Source of the DNA: Minisyncoccia bacterium
Lineage (GTDB): Bacteria; Patescibacteriota; Minisyncoccia; UBA6257; 2-01-FULL-56-20
Reading direction: 5' to 3'
Assembly: GCA_049997875.1 (NCBI GenBank)
Contig: JBEKRC010000003.1
Coordinates: 183,885-247,884, forward strand
Length of the DNA stretch: 64,000 nucleotides
The position numbers and the translations under genes are program-made. Positions within the stretch are counted from its first letter, which is position 1; each line of letters starts with the position of its first letter. The notes beneath the pieces are model-generated. The model ran no database searches and was not told the DNA's origin. It saw only the letters and a list, made by a program, of their open reading frames with translations. Positions 39,482-49,459 of the stretch are shown here, one piece after another.

Positions 39482-41248
39482 TTATCTGATAACCACGTTG
39501 AACTGGCAGTAGTTCGGCAGGACGGTCCCGTCGGCCTGCCGTTCGTGATATACCACAACGACGGTATACGACCCCGGCACGGCGAACGGGGTGGTTTTAA
39601 GCACAATAGTGTCGCTGTCCGGCGCAGAGGTCGTAAGATACGAGCTTACGCCCGTGGGCAGGGAACCGACCGCGGCATCATACATGAATGCCGACGACGT
39701 TTTTGTTGAGGAAGGGATCTCTGGAGGGATAAGCTTCAGGAGAAACGCGACCGTGTCGCCGCGGGCGACGGAAGCTGAGAAGGGGTCCACCGAACATATT
39801 TGTTTGGCCCACGGACTGAAGACATTCTTGAACGCCTGTTCGGGCGACGGAATGTTTTGCGGAGGGGGCGCAGGGGGAGAGGGGCTCTCGCTCGCCGTTT
39901 CCGGCGCGGGAGACGGCATCACGTCGGTCGTATTATCAGGCGAATCAAGATAGTTCACTTCAACGCCCACGGAGTCAAGATAGACCTGCGGCGTGGAAGA
40001 CGAACCGAGCCCGACCAGGGCAACCTGCAGGTGGGAAAGTTCGTCCCATGAACGTATCGGAATAGGATAGCGCGCGACCTGCCAGTTCCCGGCATTCACA
40101 TTCACAACCGGCTGCCACGTGACCCCGTCCGTTGAATATTCAATGCTCAAGACGTCCTCCACGCTGCTTGAGGGCAACTCGATCGTCTTGAATATATCCG
40201 TGTCTACCGTCATTGTTCCGGTCGGCGCGGGAACGGTCGCCGTCGCAACGACGGCCGGAGGCGCGGACGAACTCTCGTCGGCATATGCGGCAGGGACCAA
40301 CTTCACCAACCACGAGGTTGGTGATGAATCCGTGTCCGTGGTGGAACTCTCGTCCGGGACCGACGCGGGAGCGGGGGCGGGCTCGGGGGCCGTGATGGAA
40401 TTCTCATTGGTATCGGTACTGGTCATATCGGTTGTGGAAGTAGGGGCAATGACAGTAGTGGTGGCGAGCGCCGCGGGGGTGGGTGTAGCCGGGAGCAAAT
40501 CCGTGGTTGTCGTGGTCGTCGTGGCCGGCACGGCACCCGTTCCGATATCCAATGTGCCCGATGCGGTTGTGCTTGTCCCCTCGTCAGGCGACGGTGGTTG
40601 GATTGAAGTTGAGGCCTCGTCCGGAGTCGGGGTCGGAGCCGGCACCACCCCCGTCACTCCCCCTCCGCCGCCGCCACTGCCCTCAACCGACGGAGAACTT
40701 GAAGCGGTTGATGATTGAGCGGGTACAACAGCCGCCGTCCCGCTTGCCGTGCCGCTCGCACTGCTCGCGACCGGAAATATAAAGTTCCAAGAAAGAATGA
40801 GATAAGCATTCTGAAAAGGTTTTGCCTGAAGCGATGCGATGTCCGCGTCACCCGAAAAATTGCCGCAGAATATTTGCGCCGTCCCTGTCCCGAAAAACGC
40901 TGAATTCGCGCCATTCCATGCCGACGGCGGCGAGCCGGGCGGCACATCCGGTTTCCCCAATGCATTCGCCACGTTTTGCCAATTCCCGAGACAGGAAGAA
41001 GGATAAAAATCCGCCGTGCTCGCGAATCCGATAAGAGCATAGCGAACAAATATCGGAACGACGATGAGCGTGAAAAGCAAAAAGAACGCCACCCTATGAT
41101 GCCGGATAAAACGGAGCACTTTTGTGCGGCTTATTTCAAAGCGCCAGACCTTTTCGCGCAACACGACAGTTTGCCCGGAGGAAGCGCGTCCGACATCGCT
41201 TACCGCGCGCTCTTTGCTATTCCCCTTTGAGCGCTTTGTCCACATCAT
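39482..41248 (-). CDS. Membrane-anchored Ser/Thr/Pro-rich surface protein
   Basis: TM helix near the N-terminus, long low-complexity linker, IEYSTDGVTW; start uncertain (ORF open to 41359). Confidence 0.6.
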   Translation of the reverse strand: MMWTKRSKGNSKERAVSDVGRASSGQTVVLREKVWRFEISRTKVLRFIRHHRVAFFLLFTLIVVPIFVRYALIGFASTADFYPSSCLGNWQNVANALGKPDVPPGSPPSAWNGANSAFFGTGTAQIFCGNFSGDADIASLQAKPFQNAYLILSWNFIFPVASSASGTASGTAAVVPAQSSTASSSPSVEGSGGGGGGVTGVVPAPTPTPDEASTSIQPPSPDEGTSTTASGTLDIGTGAVPATTTTTTTDLLPATPTPAALATTTVIAPTSTTDMTSTDTNENSITAPEPAPAPASVPDESSTTDTDSSPTSWLVKLVPAAYADESSSAPPAVVATATVPAPTGTMTVDTDIFKTIELPSSSVEDVLSIEYSTDGVTWQPVVNVNAGNWQVARYPIPIRSWDELSHLQVALVGLGSSSTPQVYLDSVGVEVNYLDSPDNTTDVMPSPAPETASESPSPPAPPPQNIPSPEQAFKNVFSPWAKQICSVDPFSASVARGDTVAFLLKLIPPEIPSSTKTSSAFMYDAAVGSLPTGVSSYLTTSAPDSDTIVLKTTPFAVPGSYTVVVVYHERQADGTVLPNYCQFNVVIR

Positions 41249-43004
41249 CAACTTCTTTTTGGATGGTGCTTTCGGAAACCGTGAGTGCGTTCCGCAGGGC
41301 ATCAAGCACATGTTCCGGTTCAAGCTTCTCCGCGCCTTGCGCCTGGGCGGCGCCGCCATCCATTTGGTTCACCTTTTCCTCAACCTCCTCGCGCAATGCC
41401 TCAAAGACCGCCTCCGTCTTTTCTCGTATTTCTTCGTTCTCGCGCTTCGCGAGCGCAAACTGCATATCAAGGATCTTCTTCCGGTAAAAGCCGAAGCCCA
41501 CAAGGCCCACGATCATGAAGAACAGGGCCACGATGACGGCCCACCCGAAGCGGTCAAGGAACGGTGCCGCGATCACGTTGATCTGCGTTTTGTCGGTGGA
41601 AGTGGCCGCCGCGCCCTGCGTTGTCACCATGGTGACGCCAAGATCGTAGTTCCCGGTCGGCAATCCGCCCTCAAGCGCAAAGAGCCAGTGGCCCGTCTGG
41701 TCTGCGACCATCTTCCCCTCTGTGACCACCTTTCCGCTGTCCAAAATGTCCACGGTTACGTTCGCATTGCTGTCGGCGATACCCTCAAGGACAATGGGCG
41801 ACCGCTCAATGATCGTCGCCGGGAAATTCGTGATCTTTGGCATCGCGATGCCCGGGATCTCGAACGCGGCGTGCGCCTCGGCGAAGTTCCCTGCCTTGTC
41901 CACGGCACGGATCACGACCGTGTGTTTCCCGGGCAGGAGGGGCGGCGCCGTGTAAACACCGTTCTGGATATCGGAAAGGGCAACGACCGTGGAACTCACG
42001 CCGTCGAAGTTCGCTTCATAGTGGTCAATGCCGGAAACCGTATCCGTCGCATTGAAAGAAAGCAGGGTGAGCCCGTTCAGACCGCCGCCCGGCTGCGCGT
42101 TCACCGTGAAAGGCTGGGGCGGCGCGAGATCGATCTGAACCTGGTAGTGAACGGGGTCGCTCCAGTTCCCGAGTGAATCCTCAAAGCGCACATGGAAGTA
42201 CGATACGCCTTCGTGAATGCCGGAGTATTGCTTTGACGATATGAGGCCTTCGGAAGAACGCTTTGGGTACGTGGTAGGACTCTTGTCAAATGCCGTACTC
42301 ACGCCGGCAACATCGGAGGTGAGCTGCCACGTGAAGGTGGGGCTGTCGTTCGCGTACCACTTTTGCTGATCGGGATGCGTGGGCGACGAGACGGCGATGG
42401 AAACGATGAACGGCGTCTCTGCGGGAGTTGAGGCGCCTCCGCTGGATGGAGGTTTCTCGGACGGCGATGTAGAAGCAGACACAGACGCAGGCGCAGTGCC
42501 CGTACCCGAACCGCCGATCGCGAAGCTCGCCGTCCCCGTGCCGCCCAAGACATTTGTTCCCTGCCCATCCGCCGCAAGCGACGACGCCGAAAGGAACTTA
42601 AGGCCCGCGGTGCCCGCGGCCTGCGCTTTGAACGTAATGCTCATTATGGTGCCGGCATTTCCGGCATACGCGCTCGTGACGCCGCCGCTGAAGTTCACCG
42701 TGCCGTCGGAGTTTGAGTACGAAGGATCTGCAACCCAAAGATTGAAAACAGAATTGTCCTTTGAGACGCTTTGCACCGCAAGGAGCGATGGATCAAAACT
42801 GATCTTCCCATCCGCGGCGTTTATGCCCACCCCGCCGCCGCTGTCCACGAGCACGTTCACCGTGAACGTGCTCCCTACGGCGTATGAGCCGCTTGAAGGA
42901 CCGAATGAGAGCGAAGCGCCGGCCGCAAGCACGGGCGCCGCGGGAACCACGAATCCTACCAACAAAGAGGTTGTCCCCACGGCGATGGCTGCGCCCCACC
43001 TCAT
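41217..43004 (-). CDS. Cohesin + Ig-like membrane-anchored protein with cytoplasmic coiled-coil tail
   Basis: SLSFGPSSGSYAVGSTFTVNVLVDS..INAADGKISFDP..SVFNLW (cohesin); SPTHPDQQKWY, SGIDHYE; C-terminal TM helix. Confidence 0.78.
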   Translation of the reverse strand: MRWGAAIAVGTTSLLVGFVVPAAPVLAAGASLSFGPSSGSYAVGSTFTVNVLVDSGGGVGINAADGKISFDPSLLAVQSVSKDNSVFNLWVADPSYSNSDGTVNFSGGVTSAYAGNAGTIMSITFKAQAAGTAGLKFLSASSLAADGQGTNVLGGTGTASFAIGGSGTGTAPASVSASTSPSEKPPSSGGASTPAETPFIVSIAVSSPTHPDQQKWYANDSPTFTWQLTSDVAGVSTAFDKSPTTYPKRSSEGLISSKQYSGIHEGVSYFHVRFEDSLGNWSDPVHYQVQIDLAPPQPFTVNAQPGGGLNGLTLLSFNATDTVSGIDHYEANFDGVSSTVVALSDIQNGVYTAPPLLPGKHTVVIRAVDKAGNFAEAHAAFEIPGIAMPKITNFPATIIERSPIVLEGIADSNANVTVDILDSGKVVTEGKMVADQTGHWLFALEGGLPTGNYDLGVTMVTTQGAAATSTDKTQINVIAAPFLDRFGWAVIVALFFMIVGLVGFGFYRKKILDMQFALAKRENEEIREKTEAVFEALREEVEEKVNQMDGGAAQAQGAEKLEPEHVLDALRNALTVSESTIQKEVDDVDKALKGE

Positions 43005-43579
43005 ACCTTTGGTGCTTCGTTCTTCGATTCCCGGACGGGAAGCTTTTTCCCCTCCCCAAGCTTCTTTATGGGAAGAACAACAATGAGCACGCCGTGCTGC
43101 AAAAACGTTTCCGCTTCCCCGCCATCAAAAGGCGCAGGAAGGTACACTTTGCGGTAGAGGGGATCCCACTTGATCTCCTGTTTCACGAACCTGCCCTTTT
43201 CCGGTTCCGCTCCAGGCTGCGCCCCGTGGGGAGGTGGAACGTCCGGCCTCTTCTGTTTCGCTTGGATAAGAAGCGTGTTGGATTCCTCATCCGCCGTCAC
43301 ATCAAAATCTTCAGGGAAAACTCCGCCCGCCTGTACAAAAACCACCATCCGCGTGTCGGATTGGAAAAGATCGACCGTTAAAGAATCCGTACCTTCGGGT
43401 GCCGAATCGGGCGCTCCCGCCGGATCACCCGGAGGGTCCCCCTTTGGCGGATCGGCGGTCTTTGCCCCCGCTGCGTTGTACGAAACGCCTCTCGCCGCAA
43501 CCGACGCTGCCCCTTTTGCAGTCGCTGCGGCATCCTCCTTCTGCAACTTCGTCGATAGCTTTTCGTAAAAGGATGCCAT
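43001..43579 (-). CDS. Divergent Hsp20/alpha-crystallin-like protein
   Basis: LTVDLFQS, GV.PEDFDV, QEIKW..LYRKVYLP, GVLIVVLP; similar to 27078-27554. Confidence 0.7.
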   Translation of the reverse strand: MASFYEKLSTKLQKEDAAATAKGAASVAARGVSYNAAGAKTADPPKGDPPGDPAGAPDSAPEGTDSLTVDLFQSDTRMVVFVQAGGVFPEDFDVTADEESNTLLIQAKQKRPDVPPPHGAQPGAEPEKGRFVKQEIKWDPLYRKVYLPAPFDGGEAETFLQHGVLIVVLPIKKLGEGKKLPVRESKNEAPKV

Positions 43580-43630
43580 GTGATTTCACTTTCAGTATAC
43601 CAAACCGAAACGGTTCTTGTATCCCCAGGA

Positions 43631-45319
43631 TCAACCCGTCCAATGGGAAAGCATAATACTGAGATCGGGGAGATCCACGACGCCATCATGATTCAGATCG
43701 CCGGGCGGCCAGTCTTGTCCCCAGTGAAAAATCAGGACGGAAAAATCCACAAGGTTTACCTTGCCGTCTCCGTTAAAATCCGGATTCCCGGTTTTCGGCA
43801 TCGGTTCTTGCCCCACGCCGAGGTATGTAATGCCCGAAAAATCGCTCACCTGCAGTCCCGGCACAAACGACCGCGCCTTGACCTCGTAGGTATCCACGGC
43901 AAAACCGGTCGTATCCACCGCGTAGGACCAGCGGCCGTCCTCTCCGGCTCCGGCGGTGACCTCCACGGGACTTTTGGCGCCTTGCTGGCTCGTCACCCAA
44001 ATCTCCACGGTGGACGACGGCTCGCTCTCACCCGAGATCGTGACCTTTTTGCCCGGCGCCACCGTGCTTGTCGCGAGCGAAACGCTCGGAGGCATCACGA
44101 GTCCCGTCACGCTGTTCGCCGTTCCGGCGACGATCGTCATCGTGAAGGTTTGCTCCGAGATGCGCTGTCCGTTGCCATCGTTGATGTAGAGCGTGAACGT
44201 GTATACTCCTTGCGCGAGCGAAGGAATATTGACCGTAAAATCTCCGTTCCCGTCCGACGTCGTGCGCTGCGGGACGGCCGTTCCGTCGCGGAGAACCAAT
44301 ATCTCGCTTGACGGCAATGCCACGCCATGGATGACAAGGGAAGGCGACGACGGGCCGGGCGGATACGGCGCCCCGCCCCCGCCCCCAGCGCCTCCGGCAG
44401 TCCCCCCGCTGCTTCCTACTCCCGTCGGACTGCCGGCCGTAAACGAAATCACATAATCGCTCTGGTTCTTATTGCCCGCGAAATCCACGCATCGAACATA
44501 GTAGGTATAGGTGACTCCCTGTGCGATACCGGTCACCGTGAATGTATGGAAGGTTCCCACCGAATTATCCGCAGTAAGATTTGTCATCGCATCATAGCTC
44601 ACGCCCGGTGTCGTCGCATAGCGGCAGAGCGCGTACGTATCCGTATCAAAGGAAGCTACCACTGCCAAAACATTCGATGGGATCGTGCCCGACGGCATCC
44701 CATTCGAGAGCACGGGAGGATTTACCCTGTTGGTATTCACTTCAACCCCCACGGCGGGAAGTATCACGACCATCGCCGCCCCGTAATCGATTGGCGCGCT
44801 CGCCACACTGTAGGTATTGATGAAAATACGGTAGGAAGCCGTCGAGGACGGATTCGTGATCTGATATGTCCCCATGGGAGCGTTTGTGCCCAAAAGGAGG
44901 CGCGCATGGGCGCCCGCCGGGATGCCGTTCCCCGAAGAAAGCGTGATCGCGATGGGTCCGGTAAGGGGCGTAATGGCCACGCCGTCGCTCACTGCATCCG
45001 GTGCTGCCGCGAGCGGCCTTTCCGTAAAGCCGGAGGTCGGCGACGAAGTGGAATAGGCAAGGTCCATGTCGCTGTAACTGAACGAAGGGTCAATCGCGAA
45101 CGGCGTGCCTTCAAAACTTATGACGATCTCCCCCGACGCGGGAACGGCATCCGGAACACTAAAAAGAACGGTGTGGTTCGCCGGGAACGACGGCCTTGAG
45201 TCCGTGATCGTGTCGCTCACGAAACTGAGTTGCGACGCGATCGCGTGTGACGCCACAGCGCCAAAAACGAGCGCCGCGCATACGGGACCAATGGAACACA
45301 ACTGGGATCGGAGCTTCAC
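43631..45319 (-). CDS. Secreted protein: subunit-like N-domain, Ig-like domains, C-terminal dockerin-like domain
   Basis: N-terminus SDTITDSRPSFPANHT shared with 46909-48060; C-terminus DFNGDGKVNLVDFSVLIFHWG...DLNHDGVVDLPDLSIMLSHWTG. Confidence 0.78.
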   Translation of the reverse strand: MKLRSQLCSIGPVCAALVFGAVASHAIASQLSFVSDTITDSRPSFPANHTVLFSVPDAVPASGEIVISFEGTPFAIDPSFSYSDMDLAYSTSSPTSGFTERPLAAAPDAVSDGVAITPLTGPIAITLSSGNGIPAGAHARLLLGTNAPMGTYQITNPSSTASYRIFINTYSVASAPIDYGAAMVVILPAVGVEVNTNRVNPPVLSNGMPSGTIPSNVLAVVASFDTDTYALCRYATTPGVSYDAMTNLTADNSVGTFHTFTVTGIAQGVTYTYYVRCVDFAGNKNQSDYVISFTAGSPTGVGSSGGTAGGAGGGGGAPYPPGPSSPSLVIHGVALPSSEILVLRDGTAVPQRTTSDGNGDFTVNIPSLAQGVYTFTLYINDGNGQRISEQTFTMTIVAGTANSVTGLVMPPSVSLATSTVAPGKKVTISGESEPSSTVEIWVTSQQGAKSPVEVTAGAGEDGRWSYAVDTTGFAVDTYEVKARSFVPGLQVSDFSGITYLGVGQEPMPKTGNPDFNGDGKVNLVDFSVLIFHWGQDWPPGDLNHDGVVDLPDLSIMLSHWTG

Positions 45320-45339
45320 CTCTCAATTTTACCACGCGC

Positions 45340-45738
45340 TCACGAATGTATGGCCGGGGCGGAGGGCAGATCGGGGTCTCCCGTTTTTTTATGGAAACGG
45401 CGCCAGTCAAGATAGAAGTTCAGGGCGACGAGGACCGCAAGGACCGCTACGGCAACCGTGAGATAGCCGAGGGAAGAATCCCCTGCCGGCGAACTCGCGG
45501 CCGCGGTTGTCGAAGCAAGCGCCGCTTCCTGCGCGTTGAGGTAGGCCGCTTTTTGGCTCAAGGCATCATTCAGGGTATTGTACGGGTTGGGCAGCACGCC
45601 CACGCTCACGCCAACCTGGGCCAAGAGCGTCTTCCCGAAGAACGCGAGCTTCACATGCGAAGCAGTAACAAAGACCACGAGACCCATGAGCACGATGAGC
45701 CCAAAGAGTCCCGCTTTTTTGATCGTCGGTTTAACCAA
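45340..45738 (-). CDS. Small membrane protein with coiled segment
   Basis: Two hydrophobic helices flanking VSVGV.PNPYNTL...L; LNFYLDWRR. Confidence 0.7.
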   Translation of the reverse strand: MVKPTIKKAGLFGLIVLMGLVVFVTASHVKLAFFGKTLLAQVGVSVGVLPNPYNTLNDALSQKAAYLNAQEAALASTTAAASSPAGDSSLGYLTVAVAVLAVLVALNFYLDWRRFHKKTGDPDLPSAPAIHS

Positions 45739-46828
45739 AGAGGAGGAAAAGGATGATGAGGAAGATCACGGCAAAGATCGCGGTGGCGACCACAACGAAG
45801 ACGAGCCGCGAGAACGGCATCCGTCCCTCGTACAGGAACTTCTCCTCTTCGGAAATGGATGCTCTGCCGCTCCCCCCGCCCGTCATGGCATTCACCTTTC
45901 TTCTCACGTAGGTTCGGAGCGACCAGATGAATATGAGGACGAAGAAAATAACGCTCCCCAAGACCGCAACGATCGGGACGACCGGAATGATCCAGAACGA
46001 GGTGCTCGCCGAAACGGTCTTCTGCGATTCATTCCCGTAGTTCAGGGACATCACGGCGTCAAAGCGACCGATCATAAAACCGCTCCCACTCCAAGATACT
46101 TGGAAGGAACGGCTGCTGCCTGGAAAGATCGCCTCGCCGCTGTCGTTCATAACGACGGTCGCAACCTTTTGTCCAAACATGTTAGTGATGTCTATCGGGC
46201 CGCGCGGACGGAGAAGCACGTTCCCCTGATCCGCAAGGTTCACGGTGAAGGTGACGCTCGGCACTTGATACAATCCCTTGTCGGTGCTGAACTCGCGCAC
46301 CTCGGTCTGCTCGACGGACTGACCCGCGATGCGGAGATCAATGAGCGATCCAACCTGATACCCCACGCCGGCACCCGTCATCGCGGGACGCGTCGCGCCG
46401 TAGTTCACAAAAATCGCGCCGTAGTGACCGCCCGGCGTTGCATCCTTTGGAACGTCAATGGCGAATGGAACCTGTTGGGAACCGTAGGCAGGGATCGTAA
46501 TCGTGGGGGTCGGGATCGTCACCCACAAACTCACGCCGTACTCGGGAACCGATGACGTGCTGAAGATAGGCTCTCCCGATCCGTTGATACCCTTGATGTC
46601 CTGCACTCCTACCGTAAACGTCTTGGTTGTCGGATCAGGATTTGACACGGTTACCGAGCTTGAAAAGCGGTCGCCGGGATTCACCACTTGCTCAAAGAGA
46701 GCTGGCTGAACCCTTATACCGGAAGACGAAGTCTGCGCCTGCACGCGAGGAAGGACGAGCAGGCCACTGACCGCAACGAGCGATGCCACAACGCCCGATA
46801 TGACCACCACCCGCGTACTTTTTAACAT
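45731..46828 (-). CDS. Membrane-anchored DUF916/WxL-partner-like protein
   Basis: GIRVQPALFE..PG, WVT..VPFAIDVPKDATPGGHYGAI, GNVLLRPRG.I.I.N.FG, FWIIP plus TM helix. Confidence 0.7.
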   Translation of the reverse strand: MLKSTRVVVISGVVASLVAVSGLLVLPRVQAQTSSSGIRVQPALFEQVVNPGDRFSSSVTVSNPDPTTKTFTVGVQDIKGINGSGEPIFSTSSVPEYGVSLWVTIPTPTITIPAYGSQQVPFAIDVPKDATPGGHYGAIFVNYGATRPAMTGAGVGYQVGSLIDLRIAGQSVEQTEVREFSTDKGLYQVPSVTFTVNLADQGNVLLRPRGPIDITNMFGQKVATVVMNDSGEAIFPGSSRSFQVSWSGSGFMIGRFDAVMSLNYGNESQKTVSASTSFWIIPVVPIVAVLGSVIFFVLIFIWSLRTYVRRKVNAMTGGGSGRASISEEEKFLYEGRMPFSRLVFVVVATAIFAVIFLIILFLLFG

Positions 46829-46908
46829 AGTGTTATCTTACCATTAGGGAACGGCCCGAAGCAAGCACTCCGACGAGACTGCTTCGTTCGAAATTGCGCG
46901 TGAGGGTG

Positions 46909-48060
46909 CTAGAACACCGGGGTCGCCACATAGATTAGGTTGTTCGTATAGTCGTTCGCTGCTGCCTGCAGGGAACCGATCTCAATGCGCATCGCCACCT
47001 TTGCGGCACCAACGTTCTGCGTCGTGCCGTCCGACGGCCCGGTCCATGCAAAGACCGTTAGGGTGGAGGTCGGATTGAAGCTGCCGGCGTAGAACGGCGT
47101 GCTCGTACCGAAGTTCAACGTGCCGCTTGCATCGTCGCTTGTGATCCCGAAGTGCCCATACGTAAGCGGCTGGTTGATGATGTTCGTGGGCGGGGTCCAG
47201 GGACTCGGAGTGGAGGTGGCGTTGCCGTTGCTGAAGAGGTGGATGGTGTTACCCTTGTTGCTTGTCAGATCCTGGTCCTCGTGGATGGTCACGGCGAAAC
47301 CATTGGAGGCGTTGGTGGTCACGTTCAGCTGCTGGCCGAGCTCATTGTGCGCGCCGGGAGATATCGTGCCGAACGGGAGCGAGGTTGACGCCGACGTGCC
47401 TGTTGTCGTCGCGCCGTTGAGGAGCGCAGTGGTTGTCGAAAGGCTCGACACCGTGAAGGTGAATGTGGTCGCGATCGCGGCGGTCACGTTCACGCCGTTC
47501 ACGATGGCCACGCGCGTGTCAGCCGAGTTCCCTTGGCTCCCGCCGATGCGGATGATGTAGGAACCGGTGCTCGTGGGGTTCGTAATCTTGTTGTTCCCGA
47601 CGATAAACTTCAACGTGCCGGTCGGAACGGTATTGGACGAACAAACCGTGAAGGTGAGCGTGCTCGTCACCGCGCTCGTGAGCTGGATGTTGTTTCCGCT
47701 ACCGGGACAGGACGAGGTGGCAAGCGTAGCCCCCGTAAGCGCAATATCGGTAGAGGTGACGTTCTGCACCCCCAAAAAGGCGTTCGTCGTTGGGTCAAAG
47801 GTAATCTGGATAGTCTGGGTCGCGAGCGTGCTGCTTGGATTCGTATACTGGATCGTATGGTTGGCTTGCCAGCCAGGTCGCGAATCGCTTAGGGTATCGC
47901 TTACGGCGGTAAGGCTTGCTGCGTGGGCCTGTGAAGGGAAAAAGTTCTGGAGTCCGATGGTCCATGCCAAGATGCTTATTAAAAGCCCTGCGGCGATAGC
48001 CACGCCGAGATCCCGTTTTGCATTTTTCAAATACTTGCCTTCAGAAAACATTTGTAACAA
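46909..48060 (-). CDS. Secreted WxL/pilin-like structural protein (candidate major subunit)
   Basis: Leader ending AHA; FTFTV..LPFGTI..L.VTTNASNGF..DYTNNLIYVATPVF. Start could instead be ATG 48051. Confidence 0.65.
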   Translation of the reverse strand: MLQMFSEGKYLKNAKRDLGVAIAAGLLISILAWTIGLQNFFPSQAHAASLTAVSDTLSDSRPGWQANHTIQYTNPSSTLATQTIQITFDPTTNAFLGVQNVTSTDIALTGATLATSSCPGSGNNIQLTSAVTSTLTFTVCSSNTVPTGTLKFIVGNNKITNPTSTGSYIIRIGGSQGNSADTRVAIVNGVNVTAAIATTFTFTVSSLSTTTALLNGATTTGTSASTSLPFGTISPGAHNELGQQLNVTTNASNGFAVTIHEDQDLTSNKGNTIHLFSNGNATSTPSPWTPPTNIINQPLTYGHFGITSDDASGTLNFGTSTPFYAGSFNPTSTLTVFAWTGPSDGTTQNVGAAKVAMRIEIGSLQAAANDYTNNLIYVATPVF

Positions 48061-48100
48061 ATTTTAAATTTATATGTTTATACGACCTTGCAATAATCTT

Positions 48101-48153
48101 TTATCCAGTATAACACAACAAGACATCCACACTTCAATACCCAGTTATCCACA
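48101..48153. promoter_or_regulatory. DnaA-box motif(s) upstream of the 48060 sub-operon
   Basis: TTATCCACA at 48145-48153; degenerate ACATCCACA at 48123 and TTATCCAGT at 48101. Confidence 0.6.
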
Positions 48154-48244
48154 GGCATTCCATTCGCTATCTACATCAAAACCTGAACCGGGTCAGGGCC
48201 GTCACCTGACAAAGAACGAAACTACCCTCCCGAGAACGCCCTCC

Positions 48245-49459
48245 TTATCTTACATAATAGAGGGAAATCCACAGGATACCGAGCAAAACCAGTGCGAATA
48301 GAATCACAAAAAAGGCGTATTTTCTGAGAAATCCAAGGTATTTTCGCCAACTGAACCCCACGCCTCCATCTTTCGCATCAGGGTATGCCCTCCGAAGGTC
48401 AACTACCCCTCGGATGGCCGGCTCGCGGAGGATCTGCGAGCTCACGGGCGGCTCAGTTTCCCTTCGCCCGGCGGTTGCAGGACCGTACTTCGCCATCTCA
48501 AGCGCAAGCGCCCGCCGCACATACCTTCGTATGGCAACCACAAAAACCAAAAGGAAAAGGAGCGTCCCCAATGCGACTATAACCATCCGCCAGACGGGCA
48601 GTATCCAAAACGAAATTGTCTGTGAAACGCTCTTGTTCCCGTCCTCGCCGTATGCGAGCGTCGCGACGGCGGTATAAGGACCGATATCGAACCAACTCGT
48701 CTCGCCGCGCCACTCAAAGTCAAACCGGCGCGTGCTTGAGGGAAGCACGTAGCCGAGATTCGTCTGGTTGATCTCTATTTTTCCGCACTCTTTGCCCCAC
48801 GCGTTGTAAATCTCCACCTCGCCCATCGGATGCAAATGGACGTTCCCCGTATTTTGGAACTTGAGCGTGAAAGGAACGTCCGGATTGGCGTACGTCCCCT
48901 GCGATGTGGAAAATTCCGTAATGCTTCCCTCTTCCTTTATGTCTCCGCCCACGCGGACAAAGATGAGCGACGAGATGAAGCTGCCGACACCGATGCGCGA
49001 TCCGGCCATCCCGTTCAACGAAGGTTCCGTACCGATGAGGATCGCGGCATAGTGACCGCCCGGCGAAGCATCTTTGGGAACCGCGACGGAGAATGGAACA
49101 TCAACTGCTCCGTCCGGAGGTATGACGATCGGATCCTTCAAGACCGTGATCCAGTTCGCGAGCGCATCGCTGTCGTTCGCGAGGTCCGCGAGAGCAATGA
49201 ACGTCCCGTGCCCTTCTTCGTCGGAAGCCGCGAATCCCATGACCGACCCGTAGACCGTAAGCTCCCCTGCGTTCGCGTTCACCACCCTGATGGAACTCGC
49301 CCATGAATCTCCGGGATTCACGTTGAGTTCAAAGAACGGCGGCGTGATGGTGAGCGAGAGCGAATCGTTCGCGGCGCGCGAAGCGAACGGGCAGAAGCAC
49401 GCGAGCGCCGTGAGCGACCACGCGACGATCAGCAAAAGATGGCGATTACATGCGGCCAT
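48245..49459 (-). CDS. Membrane-anchored DUF916/WxL-partner-like protein
   Basis: LTITPPFFE..NPG, LANWI..VPFSVAVPKDASPGGHYAAI, FQNTGNVHLHP.G, FWILP plus TM helix. Confidence 0.7.
   Translation of the reverse strand: MAACNRHLLLIVAWSLTALACFCPFASRAANDSLSLTITPPFFELNVNPGDSWASSIRVVNANAGELTVYGSVMGFAASDEEGHGTFIALADLANDSDALANWITVLKDPIVIPPDGAVDVPFSVAVPKDASPGGHYAAILIGTEPSLNGMAGSRIGVGSFISSLIFVRVGGDIKEEGSITEFSTSQGTYANPDVPFTLKFQNTGNVHLHPMGEVEIYNAWGKECGKIEINQTNLGYVLPSSTRRFDFEWRGETSWFDIGPYTAVATLAYGEDGNKSVSQTISFWILPVWRMVIVALGTLLFLLVFVVAIRRYVRRALALEMAKYGPATAGRRETEPPVSSQILREPAIRGVVDLRRAYPDAKDGGVGFSWRKYLGFLRKYAFFVILFALVLLGILWISLYYVR

Noticed and set aside
27601-45319. Cellulosome
   Set aside because: The dockerins are not attached to CAZyme domains, and the cohesins are single rather than scaffoldin arrays.
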